NCBI GenBank assembly: GCA_036785375.1
Contig: JAWMAR010000217.1
Span: forward strand, 3,038,001 to 3,102,000
From: Leucoraja ocellata
Taxonomy: Eukaryota
Length of the DNA: 64,000 bases
Reading direction: 5' to 3'
Made by a program: the position numbers and the translations under genes. The notes beneath the pieces were generated by a model that saw nothing but the letters and a program-made list of their open reading frames with translations, had not been told where the DNA came from and did no database searches. Position 1 is the stretch's first letter. Every line of letters starts with the position of its first letter. Positions 24,194 through 38,619 of the stretch are shown piece after piece.

Positions 24194-26659
24194 ATGAAAG
24201 AAGTGCTAATGGTTCAAAATAGAATTGTTTGGACATGAAACCACTGCTTCATTCAACCTTACTTTTAAAGACCCTTTTATATGAGGGTTTTTAATTTGTA
24301 TCTGGTTTTCTTGCAGTGATCCTTTTACCAAGGGGCATTGGATATTTTTTTTGTAAGAGTATTTTGGCTATTCATTTATTGATTGTTTTGTTTATTTATT
24401 ATCTATAATCTGTGTGTATTGCATTTACAAGCCTAAAGCAAGTATGAATTTCACTGTTCTGTTGTCGGTATGTTTAGCAATTAAGCACTCTTGCCTTGTT
24501 AAACATGAGTAAGGCACAATCTGTGCTACGCCAGAGCCCAGGTACATAGGAAGGAATGTTACATGATGCACAGGCAACAAAGACATATTCCCACAACTTG
24601 TTGCCTGCTTTAAGCTGATGCAAGGTAGAGTCATCGGGCTTACCAGGCCAGGAAGAGGGAGATTGATGATGATATAACGACAGCTTGTGGCAGCAGCAAT
24701 GCGTGCATATGTGTTTGGGCCCAGATGGCACATCTGTTCATCTTGGCACCATGAGAATAATTTAAAAATATGTTTATGGTCACTTTGTGTGCATCATCTG
24801 TGAAACTGGATGAGAGATTGGGACAGATGTTGATAACTATTTTGTCATGTTTAGTAGAGAGTGGCAGGTGAGAGACAAGAAAGGAAGGGTTTGGAATATC
24901 TGTTTTGAAGGCACATAAGCATCGATTGGTGTTTCCATGGAGATGGAGCTAGTGCATAGCAGATTGGGCAACATTGCACAGGCTGAAATAGCTTGTTTTT
25001 TTGTATTGATTCGAGATCTGTATCGTTAGGTTCATTCCAAATGCTTGGCCAAGAAGGGGAATGAAATCAAAGTTTAAGCTGGGGACTGAAAATGATGATG
25101 CAACTTTTTGATATAAGTTGACAAAGCTGTGACTTCATAGCAGGCATCTAGTCTGACACAATGGAGCTGATAGTGTTGAGGAGGTGAAACAACTGGTTGG
25201 GATCATTGAACATATGGAAGTTGACTGTATTTCTGTTGATAAGGTCCCTTTACCAGAATGCTGTATGTCAGCAAACGCTGTGACCACAACTCTACATGCA
25301 TTGATTTTGATTGATTGGTGAAATTATCTATAAATTCCCACAAACTAACTTCAATATCTTATCTAAAATGGCAGATTTTATAAAGAGCACACAAAAAAAT
25401 CCATAAAAACTAGTTCTGCTGTGTAGCTATCCAAGATCTTTTGACTAAATTTCTAAGTGTAGTTTGTTCTTTGTTAAGTACTAAGAGCTATAATGTAATG
25501 GAAATGCTGTAAAGGAATGGAGCTGCAAATTGCATTGCAGCCATCCTCTTCATTAAGCTGAAATTGTTCATGTTTCAGTGTAGCAGCCACCTTTTGTTTC
25601 AATATGTAGAACATTTTAAGGAACAAAATACAATTGTGGTCCTAATAATGTGCCTCCCTGTTCTCCCCTCACATCAAATTTCATAACGTTTACGGCACTT
25701 AGGTGGGCCATTTAACACAAATGTCCTTGCTAGTGTCAGACAAGCATCCTCCAAAGCCATTTCTATTAACTTACTTCATGTTAAAGCATGAAACAACTTG
25801 GTTACTAGATTTGGCGGCAATTCGAGAACACGGTGCAAGATGCTTCGGGAAACCATTAGCCTAAGTGCAAACTTTTGATGCCAGCTGTTTTTCAATGGAG
25901 GTTGATCATTCCTAAAGTAATTCTGCCTCTAAGGTGATTGGACTACGGCTGAAATGGGGGGCTAGAAATTGATGAAAGGATTAATTATTCCTCATATTGA
26001 GAAGAATGATGAAATGTCTTTGTCTCCATGAGGTTTCATAGTATGCTCATACGTTTCCTCATTTTATAATGTCAATGACCATGCATGATAGTATCATTTA
26101 AACAAACTTCACACAGAGAGTGAATGCTAAACCATTATTCAATGTATTTTCAACCATGTTCAAATATTTTGAATATGGGCCATTAAATGACAGAAGTGAA
26201 AACATTAGATTAACAATGAGTTGCAAAAGCTTTGAGCATGAGAAGAAAAGGAATCTATGGTATTTTTGCATCATGAACTAGGATTAAGAGCATTGATGCT
26301 GTTTTTTTGCTTCTGTATTGAGTGCTTGTATGGAAGGTGGTTTTGTACATGCTGGCCCTTCAATCAGAAACAGTCCTTTGGGCATGTCTTCTATCTCTAC
26401 GTGGTCCACAGGAAAACATTTAAAAAAAAATTAAAGGTCCAATTTCCCTACCTCAACTGTGACCAGAACCCTTGTTGCTGGATTTGACACTGCATGTGGG
26501 CTGAGATGTGGCTTTGGCCATTAAATTAGCCATCTGTGTCTCTGAAAAATGCATCCATCCCATTTCTCAGTTCACAAGGTCTATGCTACATCTGCTGGTA
26601 CAAACACCTATTCCTCTCCACCGGGGCATGCTACCACAGAGGTAAGTTAGGTATTTACT

Positions 26660-27550
26660 TGTTTGCTGATGACACTGTGGTGGTGGGCCTGATCTCAGAC
26701 AATGATGAGAAGGCCTACCGGGAGGAGGTGGCTGATCTAGCACTCTGGTGCCAGGAGAACAGCCTCCTCTTGAACATCAAAAAAACGAAGGAGCTGATCA
26801 TGGACTTTAGGAGGGCACATCATCCGAGGACGTACACTCCATTGAGGATAAATGGGGATCCTGTGGATAGGGTGAACTGTTTTAAATATTTGGGAGTCCA
26901 CATCTCTGAGGATATGACATGGTCATCACACGCCTCAGCACTGGTGAGTAAGGCAAGGCAGCGCCTTTACCACCTCAGGCAATTGAGGAAATTCAGAGTG
27001 TCTCCAAGGATCCTACAGTGCTTCTACCCAGCGGCGGTGGAAAGCATCTTGTCCGGGAACATTACCATCTGGTTCGGGAATTGCTCTGCCAAGGACAAGA
27101 AGGCTCTGCAGAGAGTAGTGCGTTCGGCCGAACGCACTATGGGAACTTCACTCACCCCCCTGCAGGAACTATACAACAGGAGGTGCAACTCCAGAGCAAA
27201 CAAAATCATGAGAGACCTCTTCCACCCCTGCAACGGACTGTTCCAGCCGCTACGGTCAGGCAAACGCCTCCGTTGCCATGCAGTGAGATCGGAGAGGTTG
27301 AGAAGGAGTTTCTTCCCAGAGGCAATTCGGATTGTAAACGCCTTTCTCACCAGGGACTAACTCTACAGAACATTTTTCCTTCTATTATTTATTATGTAAA
27401 AGAATATGTGTGTTATGATTGTGTTTATAATTTGTTTGGTTGTTTTGTTGTTTGTCTTTTGCACAAAAGTCCGCGAGCATTGCCACTTTCATTTCACTGC
27501 ACATCTCGTATGTGTATGTGACAAATAAACTTGACTTGACTTGACTTGAC
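26660..27550 (+). mobile_element. 5'-truncated Rex1/Babar-type LINE (RT C-terminal half, open frame)
   Basis: FADDTVVVGLI...KTKELIMDFR...FKYLGVHI...SFFPEAIR; (acttg)n tail. Confidence 0.9.
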
Positions 27551-29262
27551 TACAATCAAATCTGGAATGTGAAAACAAAGGATGTGAGTGTGGGGTGCTT
27601 GGTTTCCATGTACAGTTGCTAGATAAATGCAACTTGTTGTACCCATTCACTTTTACAGAGGCTGAAAATAAAGGTCATTCTGTTTTGCAAACTGTACATT
27701 TCCATTTTGTTGATAGCATCCTCCTGAAAGTCTGATGTTCATTAGAGAATATAATGAACTTTAGCATTTTTCTGGAAAGTACAGTTTTAATGTTAATCAG
27801 CTTGCAGTCCATATCATTATCAGGAAATCGTTGCTGAAATAAGAAAACTTCACAAGCTAAATGAGGCATGGAGATAGTCATAAATAAGAGGATTATGGTA
27901 GTAATGATGTAAAATACGATATCGCAAACTGCAATAACAGAATTTTATTGATTGTTTTCATCTTCTATTTTCTCTAGTAAAATTAATATAGATTAAGAAG
28001 TCACGATGATTGAATTTCCTCCCTATAATGAAAACCATAGATACTACAGATGCTGAACTAATTCAAGAAAGAACCAGAAATACTCGGCAGTCATGTAGCG
28101 TCTGAGAAAAGAGAAACCCGAGTTAATGCTAAAGTTTGAAGACCTGTTAGAGATGGATAAGACAAAGAGAATACCTCTGAGAAGGTGAGCGCAGGTTTTC
28201 TGTGGTGATAAGTTGTTGATGAAGCCATTTATTTGTTAGGTAATTAGAGAGGAAAATTAGGTACATTTTAGAGAGAACACAAACAGAGAAAGTGCAGAAG
28301 TTGTGACATTCAAAGAGGTAAGGAATGGCCAGCAGATCAAGCTGTGCTGGTGGAGAGGAAAACTGAATCACTCACAACTGGATGATATACAGGAAATCTG
28401 GCCAGTTCTAGTAACAAACTAGGGTGTATTAGCATTTAATTTCAATTGATGAAACAAGAATTTCGGACACATACGATTTAATTTATTTATAGATGTTGTT
28501 TATGACTGTATAAATATTCTTGTTTTGTTTTTTTGTATGCTGTTTCACACTTGCTTTTTATTCTTTTATTCTGTTCGAAACAACAAATTAAATAAATAAA
28601 TAAATAAATAAATAATGTGTCTAAGACATCTATTTTAAATATGAATAATGTTAATTTTCTTAAAGATTTTCTTAAATGTGTGCAGCGACATCTTGATTGA
28701 TGATCCCTTAACCTTGCCAGTTCATCTCAACTAACTCTGCTTTTGTGCATTCATAATTAATCTTATTCATATTTAAATTAGTAGTACTCGGTCCTTTCTT
28801 CTTTCCCTGAAACAAAATGCAATGTGAAATTAAATTATGATACAATTCTAAACTATCCCTAAAACATCCTACGACTGCATTTGTCCATATGGTTTTTCTA
28901 CCCATTTTTGTAGATTAAAATCACCCACAGTTATTGCTGTACCTTTTTGACAAGCTCCTTTTATTTATTTCTGTTTACTTTGTCCTATCGCATAAACCAT
29001 CAGATTGGAAATAATGTAGTGTCATAAGCATGCAAGATGAATTTTAGATTATTTTTTCAATTGATTTTCATTGGAAGTAATGCATTTCGTTGTCTCTGTA
29101 CTGTACACTGACAATGACAATTAAATTAAATCTGAATCTGAATTGGTGCTAAATCAGTTGAGAAAATGGGACATCATGAATGATGGATCAAATATTTTTT
29201 GTTCTAAACCAATGATATTTAAAGTTAAAGACATAAATAATTATTGGCAATAAAGTAGGGCT

Positions 29263-29696
29263 CAGTGCCGGATTTAGATGAAGAGAGGCCCTAAGCTGTT
29301 CCACTTGTGAGGCCCACAACGACCGGACAGCCATGGCAGCCAAATCTCCCACAATTCAAAGCGAGGGAGAAAGTGCCCAGCGCCGACCAGTTGCCGTTGC
29401 AATGCGCATGCGCAGGGCGGTCGATGATGTGCTGGCCGTGGTTGTGCGCATGTGCAAGGCGGCCTGCCGTGCCGGCGGATGAGGAGCGAGCGGAGCCCGG
29501 CGGCCCGGACACGGATAGCGGGGGGAGATGGAGAGAGAGAGATAGAGAGGGGGGCTGCCCAGAGTTGAACGGTAGGTGTTCTGCCTTGGCCGGAGGCCCC
29601 CCTAGACCTCGAGGCCCATTAATTTTTTCGGGGGCCCCCTAGAAATTGGGGGCCCTAAGCTATAGCTTGTTTAGCTTATACGTAAATCGGGCACTG
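29263..29696. mobile_element. GC-rich non-autonomous hAT element
   Basis: TIR cagtgccggattta / taaatcgggcactg; perfect 8-bp TSD gtagggct. Confidence 0.92.
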
Positions 29697-30589
29697 GTAG
29701 GGCTGAATTAGAATCAAACTTGAAATAATGAGTGTCAATGAAGGGACTATTATATGAAGAAAGAGAAGAAAAGGAAGGTAATTATTTTAAATCATTATAA
29801 GGAGTCCCTGGGCGTAGCATTGATGGACAGCAAAAGGATGACTCCAGAGCACCTTTGCATAAAGAACATACCTCGATCAGTTACTGTGGTTCACCAGTGA
29901 GTCTAGGTCCATCTACCCCTTTATGGGAGCAATCTCCTATTCACTCCCATCATTGCAATATCTTACACAAGTAAAAGAATGAAATGATTAATAAATCCTC
30001 ATCTGGTACAGCACACACAGAGTCTCCACATTCTGCTACCATCAGGAAACTTTCAGGTCTCAAGCCTCTGAAAAGCCTGATCTTTGCCTTAGGAGCTATG
30101 CAGTTTCTTATTTTCTCACTTTAAGGTCCCGGTGCCCTGGTTGCTCGGGACCGATGCAGAGGTCGGCCTGGCCCAGTGCTCCCACAGTGCTTTCGGCTAC
30201 TTTCGCCATCGCTCCGTGCAGCTGCTGCAGGCTGCACTCACCCTGCTTGTTCACCCGGCTGCTGCAGGGCCTCCAGCACTGCATTCACCAACACAGTAGC
30301 ATCACTTCCCTATAGCTGAAACGTGCTTGTGTTATGCAATATCCCTTTAACAATTGGTTGTTATGTACAAGCACAAAACTAAATGTTGGCAGCTGCTAGT
30401 AAATGTAGAAGATCAATAGAGAACACTAAGCTGAATCTGACACCTTGTGGTTTTAGCCCAGGAAACCCAAAGGACAACTGAATTCCCACAAAGTGTTTTA
30501 AAAGATAGAAATTTGAAGCAGCTCTAGGAGAATTTACCACCTTGGCTGCAAGGCACCACAGTTTAAATTGATTGATTGTTGAAATTACA

Positions 30590-30737
30590 GCATAGAAACA
30601 GGCCATTTGACCCACTGAGTCCACTCCGACCATCGATTACCCACTCACACTCGTTCCACATTATCCCGCCTATGCCTCCAATCGCTACACACTCGGTGCA
30701 TTTTAAGAGGCCAATTAACCTACAAACCCACATGTCT
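30590..30737 (-). mobile_element. SINE 3' fragment
   Basis: acagcatagaaacaggcc...ggccaattaacctacaaacc. Confidence 0.6.
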
Positions 30738-31114
30738 TTGTTCCCCTTCTGGGTCCCTGAATTTGCATTCCATGTCAGGATGATAAATTACCTGGTTAAT
30801 GAAGTGCGAACATTGAAATTGCAGCTTTAAATTCCTGCAGCAAGAGTCATGTTCATTTCTGGCATCAATCCAGCAACCTTTTCATTTCCATTGGAAGCTG
30901 AGGTTAATAACTCTAATAGCAGGGTGGTGCAAATCATTCAGACCATGTGACAACTGGCAACTTATAGGACAGGTCTTCCACACAACAATTGGTTGGATTT
31001 ATTTGTAAACAGGGATTGTTTCCCTTCAATTATTGGACTGTTATATCTGCCATGTGCCATTTCTTAATCAACAAATAATAGAGCTTTTTCTGGTCAAGCA
31101 AAACAAGAAAGTTT

Positions 31115-31262
31115 ATGCAGGAAGGAACTGCTGATTCTGGTTTTCACCAAAGATAGAAACAAAAAGCTGGAGTAGCTCAGCAGGTCAAGCTGCATTTCTG
31201 GAGAAAAAGCATAGGCGACATTTTGGGTCGAGACCTTTAAGAAGGGTCTTATTCCTTCGTTC
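31115..31262. mobile_element. Penelope-derived repeat
   Basis: gcaggaaggaactgctg...gggtcgagacctttaagaagggtc. Confidence 0.65.
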
Positions 31263-32006
31263 CAGGGAAAATAAACCTAGCCTATAAATCTCCCCTAATA
31301 ATTCAAGCCTTCGAAACCAGACAGCATTATCTTCAATCCTGTTGAGCTTAAATAGAACATTAAATAGAAAACAACAAAAAAAATTATCATATCTAAAAGT
31401 ACAGTTGGAATCTTTATTATCAAAATATTGATTTCAAAATGGGATTCAAGAGTGGCATTAACTTTTGCTTGGGTTTACATAGTACTGGTGTTTGCTATAT
31501 CTGCCTACACTCAAATATAATTCACATACATTAACTAAATGCACATATTTATTGTAGACATTTTAAACTTCCAGATTCGTCTTTAGTGGCTACAATCATT
31601 ACATAAAATCAAAAACATTATGTAATAATTCAATCCTACTTGATGCATCATTGAATATTTTTGCTGAAATTTGTAATTTTAGACATAGAAATAGCCTTAA
31701 TTAATAACAAGCAGTTTATGCACCCGAATGCTCTTCTATCAATGGGCAGAACATTTATTGGACTCTAATTTTCAACACATCCTAAGCAATTATTCATCCA
31801 ACTCAGTATCCTGTACCTGCCTTCTCTCCATACCTCCTGATCCCTTTAGCCACAAGGGCCACAAGGTCACCAGAGGTTGCTGTTTAGATCTCCTAAGTGG
31901 GACAGGCCCTTTAGGATGGCTACCGGGGTGAAAATAATTGCCATCCTCTTCCATTACTCATGATTTCTCTTTAGAGCACCACTGAAGTTGTAGACAAAAA
32001 TATTTA

Positions 32007-32580
32007 ACATAGAAACATAGAAACATAGAAAATAGGTGCAGAAATAGGCCATTCGGCACTTCGAGCCTGCACTGCCATTCAATATGATCGTGGCTGATCA
32101 TCCAACTCAGTATCTGTATCTGCCTTCTCTCCATACCCCCTGATCCCTTTAGCCACAAGGGCCACATCTAACTCCCTCTTAAATATAGCCAATGAACTGG
32201 CCTCAACTACCTTCTGTGGCAGAGAGTTCCAGAGATTCACCATTCTCTGTGTAAAAAATGTTTTTCTCATCTCGGTCCTAAAAGATTTCCCCCTTATCCT
32301 TAAACTGTGACCCCTTGTTCTGGACTTCCCCAACATCGGGAACAATCTTCCTGCATCTAGCCTGTCCAACCCCTTAAGAATTTTGTAAGTTTCTATAAGA
32401 TCCCCCCTCAATCTTATAAATTCTAGCGAGTACAAGCCAGTCTTTCTTCATATTAAAGTCTTGACATCCCAGGAATCAGTCTGGTGAACCTTCTCTGTAC
32501 TCCCTCTTTGGCAAGAATGTATTTCCTCAGATTTGGAGACCAAAACTGTATGCAATACTCCAGGTGTGGTCTCACCAAGA
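32007..32580 (-). mobile_element. CR1 family A-like 3' fragment
   Basis: (catagaaa)3 tail; YSLEFIRLRGDLIETYKIL...NLWNSLP. Confidence 0.9.
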
Positions 32581-33289
32581 ATGTCACGGAGCAGATCAGA
32601 AGTAAGTTGCATCTGTCTACTCTGATACTCTGGGTTCAAGTTCCAATCCTGGGACTTGAATGCAGAAGTATAAATGGATATTCCTGCATGGTATTGGTGG
32701 AGCCCTGCCTACTCTCTCATGTGGAAACATAGTTATCCATGGCATTGGTTTGAAGAAGAGCACAGGAAGTATTAACAGTGTCCCAGATAAAATGTATCTC
32801 TCAAATAATATTACAGAAACTGGTTATATGGTCTTTATCACATTTAGAAACAGAAATACTTAGTATCAGTAAATGGTGAATGATTGCAAAATGTTAATGT
32901 TCAGAGTGTACCCTTGTACTGAGAGCTAACATGTACATTCAGTAGGCAGGTCAAATGGCAAGCAGTATGATTGGTCTTTGTTGCTGCAAGACTAAAAACA
33001 GAATATACTTGTTTTAAAAGGAGTACAGCATATTGTTTAAGACTCATTCTTAAGATGGCAGGCTTGTCCTATGGTTCGATTTGGCTAGGCCTTTATTCTT
33101 TGAAGTTTAAAATAATGAACACATAGAAAACGACACATTTCTTCTGGAGCCTGACAAGGTAGATACACAGAGATTCCCTGAGCTGAGGCATCTGGAAACT
33201 TATAAATGTATGTGTTAAAATAAGTGGACATCACTGTATTTATGCATAATGACAATAAATTGAATTTGACGAGTAGGCAATCAATGATA

Positions 33290-33595
33290 GGTTCCTCCCC
33301 CCAGCTGTTATCCCAGATCCAACTGAACCATCCTATTATCAACTAGAGAGCAGTCCTGAGTTACATCCACCTCATTGGAGACCCTCGGATTAACTTTCAT
33401 CAGACTTAACAATATTCCCATTATCCTTTGCACTAAACATTATTCTCTTTATCCTTTATCTGTACCCTGTGGACAGCTTGATTGCAATCATATATGGTCT
33501 TTCCGTTGACTGGATAGCACGCAACAAAAAAGCTTTTTACTGTACCTCAGTACACGTGACAAAAAAAACTAAACTAAACTACAATAAAACTAAAC
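33290..33595 (+). mobile_element. Rex1/Babar-type LINE 3' UTR
   Basis: cacctcattggagacc...gctttttactgtacctcagtacacgtgaca...(aaact)n. Confidence 0.65.
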
Positions 33596-34639
33596 CATCA
33601 GGAGGTTGCTTGGTTGTCAAACAAAGCGCTGCTTGTTTAGTAGCACATTTGGGCCACGTGGACTTGGGTTTATAAAACATTCAAATCTGATATATACCTC
33701 TAATAGTTTAGTGGGCCCAGCCCAAAGCAGTTTGGCAATATAATTTGCATATAAAAAGAGGCTAACAATAACTAGATCATAGTTTTGCAACTGCATCAAA
33801 AGCTCAGAAAGAATTTGCTCTGATCATTTTTGGTGGAGTATTTGGATGCCAAACATTTCTGTGAAGAAATATTACTCGTGCTAATATATATGAATCGTTG
33901 GAAACAGAGATTTAAACCCATGCTCAGACGAAGAGCTTCCCAGAATGAAACTGGCAGATATGTTTTGTTGCCACATAATTAAACCCCCTTTACAATTTTG
34001 TGTTCCACATGAGTTATAGTCTGTAAACAATTGATTGAATTAAACATTTAAACTCATAAACGGACACATTGTGATCTAATTAATCAAACAGCTCAGCAAT
34101 TACAATGAATAGGCAGGTAGCAAAATACAAGGCAGTTGTTTTACTTCAAAAAACATGGGAAATACTTTTGACACAAATTATGTTTATATTCACATTTTAA
34201 TTTGGTGATTTAATTGGTATCACCGGAAGATGCAAGAATGTCCGTTTCCAAAGGTTTTACTTTTACCTAGGCTCAACCCCACAATACTGCATTTTTTCTT
34301 ATAGGACTCATCACAAAATAACATTCAGAAACAGGACACCATGGTTTGACTCCATGGATAATTCAATTTTTGAAAGCAAATAGCACAATGGGATATTAAA
34401 ATTTAGAGATGATTAATGCATCTGCAATACAAGAGCAATTAAAATTACATAGATAATGGGGAAAGGATACAATAGCAATAGAAACATTATCATTCCAGTG
34501 ACAGTTTATTAACAGTTGTGGAAAGACAGGAATTGCAGAGCAAATTTAGTTTTATTTGCAATTTATTAGCAGAACATTTGCACAGAGATAAAATATGACA
34601 ACCAGCAAAATGATATTTCATAAAAAGCAAAATTCAAAC

Positions 34640-35167
34640 TGAATCCAATTCCTTCAGCACAACTGTGGTTGCAAGTGTTATATTCTACGCTGTTGTCTGC
34701 TGGGGCAACATAATTAGTGCAAAAAGCAACAAGAAGCTGGAAAACTGGTTAAACGAGCTAGCTCAGTGCTGGAGGGGAGAGTGGACTCTGGGATGGATGT
34801 GCTTGAGAGGCGTATGAGGCCTCCTGAACAACCCCGGGCATCCCCTCCATGTAATTCTGGAGAGTTAAAAGAGCACTCGGAACAACAACCGGCTCCTTTC
34901 CCTGCCCTGTAGAACGGAGCGGTTCAGGAGATCCTTCACCCCTGCAGCCATTAGATTTTATAATACTGACCGCTAGGCTGTAGGGGGATGCATTTTTGCA
35001 TTTTAAAATTTTTAATTGTTAATTATTGGTCTTTTTAAGTATTTATAGCTCTCAGGTAGAGTCCACAATGTATTTGATGTATTTTCTGGCTGCGTTCGTT
35101 TTGAATGTGTGGGTTTGTTGGTTGGGGGCTTCTGGCCATCTGAATTTCCCTGAGGAGATCAATAAAG

Positions 35168-35216
<49 letters not shown>
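34640..35216 (+). mobile_element. Rex1 LINE 3' fragment with (ATT)n tail
   Basis: VVASVIFYAVVCWG...HPLH...CRTERFRRSF; gatcaataaagta then (att)n at 35172-35216. Confidence 0.8.
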
Positions 35217-35419
35217 CTGCCTAACTGCTGCATTCTCTCGTGTACATGCTATGATGGTAATATCTTTATAAACATAAATGATCAGAAGATATAATCCCCC
35301 CATACCATGGTACCTCATTTAGAGCTTTTCCCGCACAGAATTAATTCATTCGGACACTCTTGGTGCTCCAATCTGAACACTTACAGATTATATTTACTGT
35401 CTTGTGTTAAAGAAGCTGT

Positions 35420-35698
35420 CTTGTGCACAGCAGTAGAGCTGCTGCCTTACAGCGTGAGAGACGCAGGTATGATCCTGACTACGGATGCTGTCTGTATGGA
35501 GTTCTCCCTGGGGTTTTTCCGGGTGCTTTGGTTTCCTCCCACACTCCAAAGACCTACAGGTTTGTAGGTTAATTGGATTTGGTAACAAATGGTCCAGGGT
35601 GTTATACTGTTAGTGTATGGGTGAATTGCTGATCGCCGTGGGTGATGGGCTGAAGGGCCTGCTTCCAATCTGTATCTCTAAAGTCTTAAGTCTAAATT
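35420..35698 (+). mobile_element. tRNA-derived SINE
   Basis: gcacagcagtagagctgctgccttacagcg...caggtttgtaggttaattgg...ctgtatctctaaag. Confidence 0.75.
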
Positions 35699-36008
35699 CT
35701 AAGCAACCTCCACTCAGGCTGCACTTTGTTGAACCCCTGCCCTCCACACTGCTACACTCTGCTGTGCGAAGAGTCTGGCACAAACGCCTACCCTCCACTG
35801 CAGCTCCCAGCAATGAATTGCCCCCTGGCTTGGTGCGGAGAAGCTGCTTGTGGGGGGAAATATCAGATGGGTCAGATTGAGTGGTGTGTGCAGGTCAGTG
35901 CTATGTATGTTGATAAACCACCTGGATCTGATATGGTCTCTCATATTGCATCATATTTGATGGAAGCTGACTTCTCCCTCTCTCATTATTTAGCTGTAAC
36001 CTATAGCT

Positions 36009-36893
36009 CAGGGGCCTACAAACTTTTCAGCATGAGGGCCACATTATATATTTGGTACATTTTTGCGGGCCANNNNNNNNNNNNNNNNNNNNNNNNNNNN
36101 NNNNNNNNNNNNNNNNNNNNNNNNNNNNNNNNNNNNNNNNNNNNNNNNNNNNNNNNNNNNNNNNNNNNNNNNNNNNNNNNNNNNNNNNNNNNNNNNNNNN
36201 NNNNNNNNNNNNNNNNNNNNNNNNNNNNNNNNNNNNNNNNNNNNNNCACACTCACCCACCCACACACACTCACACACCCACCCAAACACCCACACACAGA
36301 CACCCACACACACACACCCACCCACACACCCACCCACACAGCCCCATACACACACCCACACACACTCACACACCCACACACACACTCACTCACCCACCCA
36401 CANNNNNNNNNNNNNNNNNNNNNNNNNNNNNNNNNNNNNNNNNNNNNNNNNNNNNNNNNNNNNNNNNNNNNNNNNNNNNNNNNNNNNNNNNNNNNNNNNN
36501 NNNNNNNNNNNNNNNNNNNNNNNNNNNNNNNNNNNNNNNNNNNNNNNNNNNNNNNNNNNNNNNNNNNNNNNNNNNNNNNNNNNNNNNNNNNNNNNNNNNN
36601 NNNNNNNNNNNNNNNNNNNNNNNNNNNNNNNNNNNNNNNNNNNNNNCTCACTCACTGGGGCCACTGCCGCCGATCTTCACTGTCTCCCCAGGGCCATCGA
36701 CGGTAACCTGTCAGCAACTGCACACAAACCCTCAACTTGATAGCCTACGGCAAACTGACGTGTAAGTTCCCACGCTACCACAGAACCCGCTAAATAGCCC
36801 GCCGCACAGAAGATGTTAAGAGTTTGCAGCGGGCCGGATAAAATCTCGTGGTGGGCCGGATGTGGCCCGTGGGCCATTGTTTAGAGACCTCTG
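36009..36893. mobile_element. hAT (Charlie-type) non-autonomous element with internal CA-rich repeat and N gaps
   Basis: caggggcctacaaactttt...gagggccaca start; gcgggccgga...tggcccgtgggcc...tttagagacctctg end; TSD degenerate. Confidence 0.75.
36247..36402. repeat. (CA/CCA)-rich simple repeat between gaps 36073-36246 and 36403-36646
   Basis: Directly visible. Confidence 0.95.
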
Positions 36894-37209
36894 CTTTATC
36901 CAGTCCAGAGATTTACCCAGCTCGGTAACAACCTCAACAATGATTGCAGACCATTTTTGAGAGGAGTTTCCTGTGCCTAATCATTTCATCGACTTGTTCA
37001 ATGACATTCCATCATAAGGTACAAGAAGAGATGTTTACTGAAGAATGCACTTTCGTAAATTCCAATTCCAACTCCTCCATAAATGAAGTAATCCATGCCT
37101 GCAAGCATGTTAGACATGGAAAACATTCAGCTGTAGACTGGTTAGTCACCAGTAACTTCCCAACAATAGACAGTTTCTGATCATTAAATTAGCTGACAGG
37201 ATGTTGACA

Positions 37210-38016
37210 CAAAAGGACAAAGGACAAAAGACAAAGGACTTTTATTGTCACATACACCAATTGGTGCAGTGAAATTTGAGTTGCTATTGCAGCACACAAT
37301 AAAATAAACATAACACTATGGAATTAAACATTAAACATAAAAAACATCCCCCCACAGCGGGATCAACGTTTCCCACTGTGATGGAAGGCAGCAAAGTTCA
37401 GTCCACTTCCTCTATGTTCACCCGTGGCCGGGGCCTATTTGAGGTCTCCGCAGTTGCCGCTACGGCATGCCTGATGTTTCAGGCCGGGATGATAGAACTC
37501 CGGCGTCGGAAGAACGCTCTCAGCAGCTTGGAGTTCCGAAACGGCCGCTTCCTCCTGGAGACTGCGGCTCCCGAAGTCCACAGGCCACGCTGGGCAGAGC
37601 TCCAACACTGGCGACCTCAGCAAAAGATCCCAGGCTCCGCGATGATAAATTCAGCGCCGCCGCGGCTGGAAGCTCAGCAGACCACAGCTCCATGATGTTA
37701 AAGTCGGTGGTCTCAGCACTCTGGAGCTCCAACACGGCGACCCGGGTAAGGCATTGCCCACTCCGTGATGGTATCTCAGTGCTATACTGCAGCTCGAACC
37801 TCTGGCCGGTCTCCGACAGGAAAGGCCGCTCCAATCCAGGTAGTAGGCAGTGAGGAGGGGGCGAAGATGCATCCTCGACCCAGGTAGGGACTGGAAAAAA
37901 TAGTTTTGCCCCTTCCCCCATAAAAAAAGACTAAAAGGCCTCCAAAACAAAATTTTTTGACAAACTAAACATTTTTTAAAAGGTGAAGGATGAACAGCTG
38001 CAGGCGAGGCTGCCAC
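37210..38016 (-). mobile_element. GC-rich non-autonomous retroelement with LINE-type tail
   Basis: Minus-strand tail atttcactgcacc...gtgacaataaaagtc(ctttgtc)n; CpG-rich non-coding body; 5' gtggcagcctcgcc. Confidence 0.55.
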
Positions 38017-38619
38017 AAAGCAAAGCAACCAGCTTATTTGGTATCCCATTCATCACAGCAAACATTCATTCCTTGCGTATACCCTCTGAAACGCTTTGCA
38101 GCTACTTCTCAAGGTATTGTAACAGTATCAACTGCACATCTTCTGCATCAAGAACACGTGGCTTCAGACCATGAGAACATCGTTATCTACACATTTCTCG
38201 CTGGGCTTGGTTCCCTCACGAACAGCATCATGGGAGTGGTGTTAGCAACAGGAATGTCATTTTCACATTGTTGACAAGTGGAGGTCCTTAAATATAGTAC
38301 TGGGATGAAAGTTTTTCTTAATATACATTAATGATTTGGACTTGGGTGATTAGACCACAATTTCCAAATCTGCAGATGGCACAAAATTAAGGAGCCAGAG
38401 GACTATGTGGAGAATTGTAATAAACTTCAAATGCTTGTAAGCAGGGTCTTAGAACGACCAAACACATTTGTTCAAGAATTGTTACAATGAGAAAGAGTAG
38501 AAGAGTGCAAATGTCTGGAATACTCATGCATAGAACTAGCAAGGATTCAATGGGCAGAATGCTCTCTGCCTGTGTTGTATTCACTGTGTCTCTCTGAATT
38601 TGCAATGAGAGAACATTTC

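Noticed and set aside
35026-35318. Poly-Ile hydrophobic ORFs
   Set aside because: These are the (ATT)n tail of a Rex1 LINE.
35726-36765. Long ORFs of 200-326 aa with His/Thr/Pro repeats
   Set aside because: Artefacts of N runs and a CA-rich simple repeat.
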